A stretch of 64,000 nt of DNA from Felis catus (lineage: Eukaryota), in contig NC_058383.1 in NCBI RefSeq assembly GCF_018350175.1, forward strand, positions 25,484,001-25,548,000. Reading direction: 5' to 3'. Of this stretch, positions 62,353-64,000 are shown in pieces. How positions within the stretch are numbered: the stretch's first letter is position 1; each line of letters starts with the position of its first letter. Made by a program: the position numbers and the translations under genes. The notes beneath the pieces are model-generated. The model had not been told where the DNA came from, did not search any database, and saw nothing but the letters and a program-made list of their open reading frames with translations.

Positions 62353-64000
62353 GTTTGAAAGCCTCTCCTAAAGCACTGGAAGACCTGGCCAGTTGGCTGT
62401 CATTCCCTCATGGAAAACCACCAGGAAGAACTAAATAGTGGCTGCTCTCTTGAAGGAGGGCATGAACTACTCAGTTCATTAAAGGTCCCTGCATGCCCAC
62501 CTCACATATTGATATTACCTGCCTGGCCCTGTTGCCATTTGAATTTTCAAACCTTGGCATAGAGCCATTGACAGGAGCAAGCTTGGAATGACTCCTCATG
62601 CTGCCTTGGTATGATTGATTCAGTAAGTTCTGAGCACCCTGAGCCCAAGGAATAGGTCTTGTACTCCCAAGAGCCTATTCCAGGCTTGGCACGTAGGTGG
62701 GCATCACTAAATTTATGTTGAACGAAATTGGATTCACGTGGAAGATTCTGGCACAAATCCTCTTCAGAGAAGAATGATAATCTCTCTCTCACACTGAACA
62801 CTAAATTAATTTCCAGTTGCCTTTGATCATATCACCTGACTCATTTTCTGCAGTAAACCCTTGGTAAGCTCCCAGTCTATTCAAAATTGTTAACCAGAAC
62901 TTCTGTGTGTCTGTGATGTTGTGTTAATCTATATTTGTAGTTAGTCATTCATTCAACAGTATTTATTAAGCAGCTACTGCATGCCAGAAACTGTGTAAGA
63001 GGTTGGAAATGTATTAGTAATAATAAGCAAAACAGATACACTTCCTGCCCTTCTAGAGTTCTAACCCCTCTAATAGTAATGATGGTGAAATTTATATAGC
63101 ATGCATGGTACAAGTATGCATCGTACTTGTTCTAGGCATCTTCCCTATATTTATTTATTTAATGCTCATAGAAGCCTGTGATAGCTGCCAAATCATCATC
63201 CTTTTTATAGATGAGTAAACTGAGGCACATTATTAAGTAAATTGCCCAGGATGACACAGCTAAAAAGTGGCAAAGGCAGATTTGAACCCTAGCAGTCTGG
63301 CTCTGGAATCTGTTCTCTGTGCCCTTGTCTTTCTGGAATAACAGTGGGAGCCCCCGAAATGCCTCTTGAATCATCAAACTAGCAGACTTTAAAGTTGTGG
63401 TCAGTTCCAGTAGTGTTTATAGCAATGGAACCATAAGTAGACAGATTAATCGTAGCAATGTGCTCTGGAACCTAGTGAATGTTCAAGTTTTTCCTGACAT
63501 CATGTTACTGCTTTTCTTTTTTCTTTTTTTTTTAAGTTGGAGACCCTTGATGCAGACCTAATACTGGAAAGCAGCTGGAGGTACAAAGTCGCCAGCTAAT
63601 TGTCGCCATTTATACACAGTCTTAGCTCCAGGGCAACCAGCTGTCCCTAAGAAGTAGCCCCTTAGAAGAAAAGCCTTCAGGCTAGAAAGACAGCATGGGT
63701 CACTGGCTGAAGAATTATTTGTTTAATTTATCTCTTATATCTATTAGATTCTTAGTTCTTGACTGTGCTGCCCACAGGCCTGCCTCCCTAGCTCATACCA
63801 TTCCTGGATGTTGGAGTGCCCAGTCTCCCTGGTCTCCTCTTTCATGCCTCTGTGTAGCATTCCCTGACCCCACTGGGGGGCCTTGTTGCTGCTCTCTCCC
63901 CATAGACCTGAGAAAATGCCTGGAGCAGCCTGAGTCACTCTTGCTGCTTGGTCATGCAAACTCTTTGCCATTCTTGCTAGCAGAGAGATCTACCTCCCCT

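Larger units (their letters stand above)
39275..64000 (+). other. GPR139: GPR139 intron 1 (continues beyond window)
   Basis: GT donor at 39275. No frame encoding the expected continuation (A-NILTVIILSQL...) found downstream. GPR139 is known as a two-coding-exon gene with one long intron. Confidence 0.85.

Noticed and set aside
39275..64000. GPR139 exon 2 or another nested protein-coding gene
   Set aside because: No listed ORF resembles a 7TM receptor or any other protein I recognise; small exons cannot be fully excluded by eye.

Overview
Mammalian, almost certainly felid, genomic DNA: it carries many Felidae-type CAN-SINEs (SINEC_Fc-like) and carnivore L1s. The one host gene I can support is the 5' end of GPR139 on the + strand. 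It has a CpG-island promoter (~38.6-39.4 kb) and coding exon 1 at 39151-39274 ([41 protein letters not shown], phase-1 GT donor). Intron 1 runs off the window end, and I could not find exon 2 here. The first ~38 kb is intergenic. The window is dominated by repeats: L1 fragments of several ages, about 20 CAN-SINEs (many with readable target-site duplications), MIR and L2 relics, ERVL/MaLR solo LTRs, hAT-type DNA transposon relics and microsatellites. Nearly all listed ORFs are L1/SINE-derived or chance frames. I did not find a new biological system. The most interesting points are a triple CACGTG E-box cluster and Z-DNA/G4-prone tracts around the GPR139 promoter, an L1 with a fold-back 5' end, repeated insertion into the same target sites, and a young L1 with clustered non-CpG G>A changes. 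Repeat subfamily names come from my recall of consensus sequences and need a RepeatMasker/Dfam check. Boundaries of old repeats are approximate.
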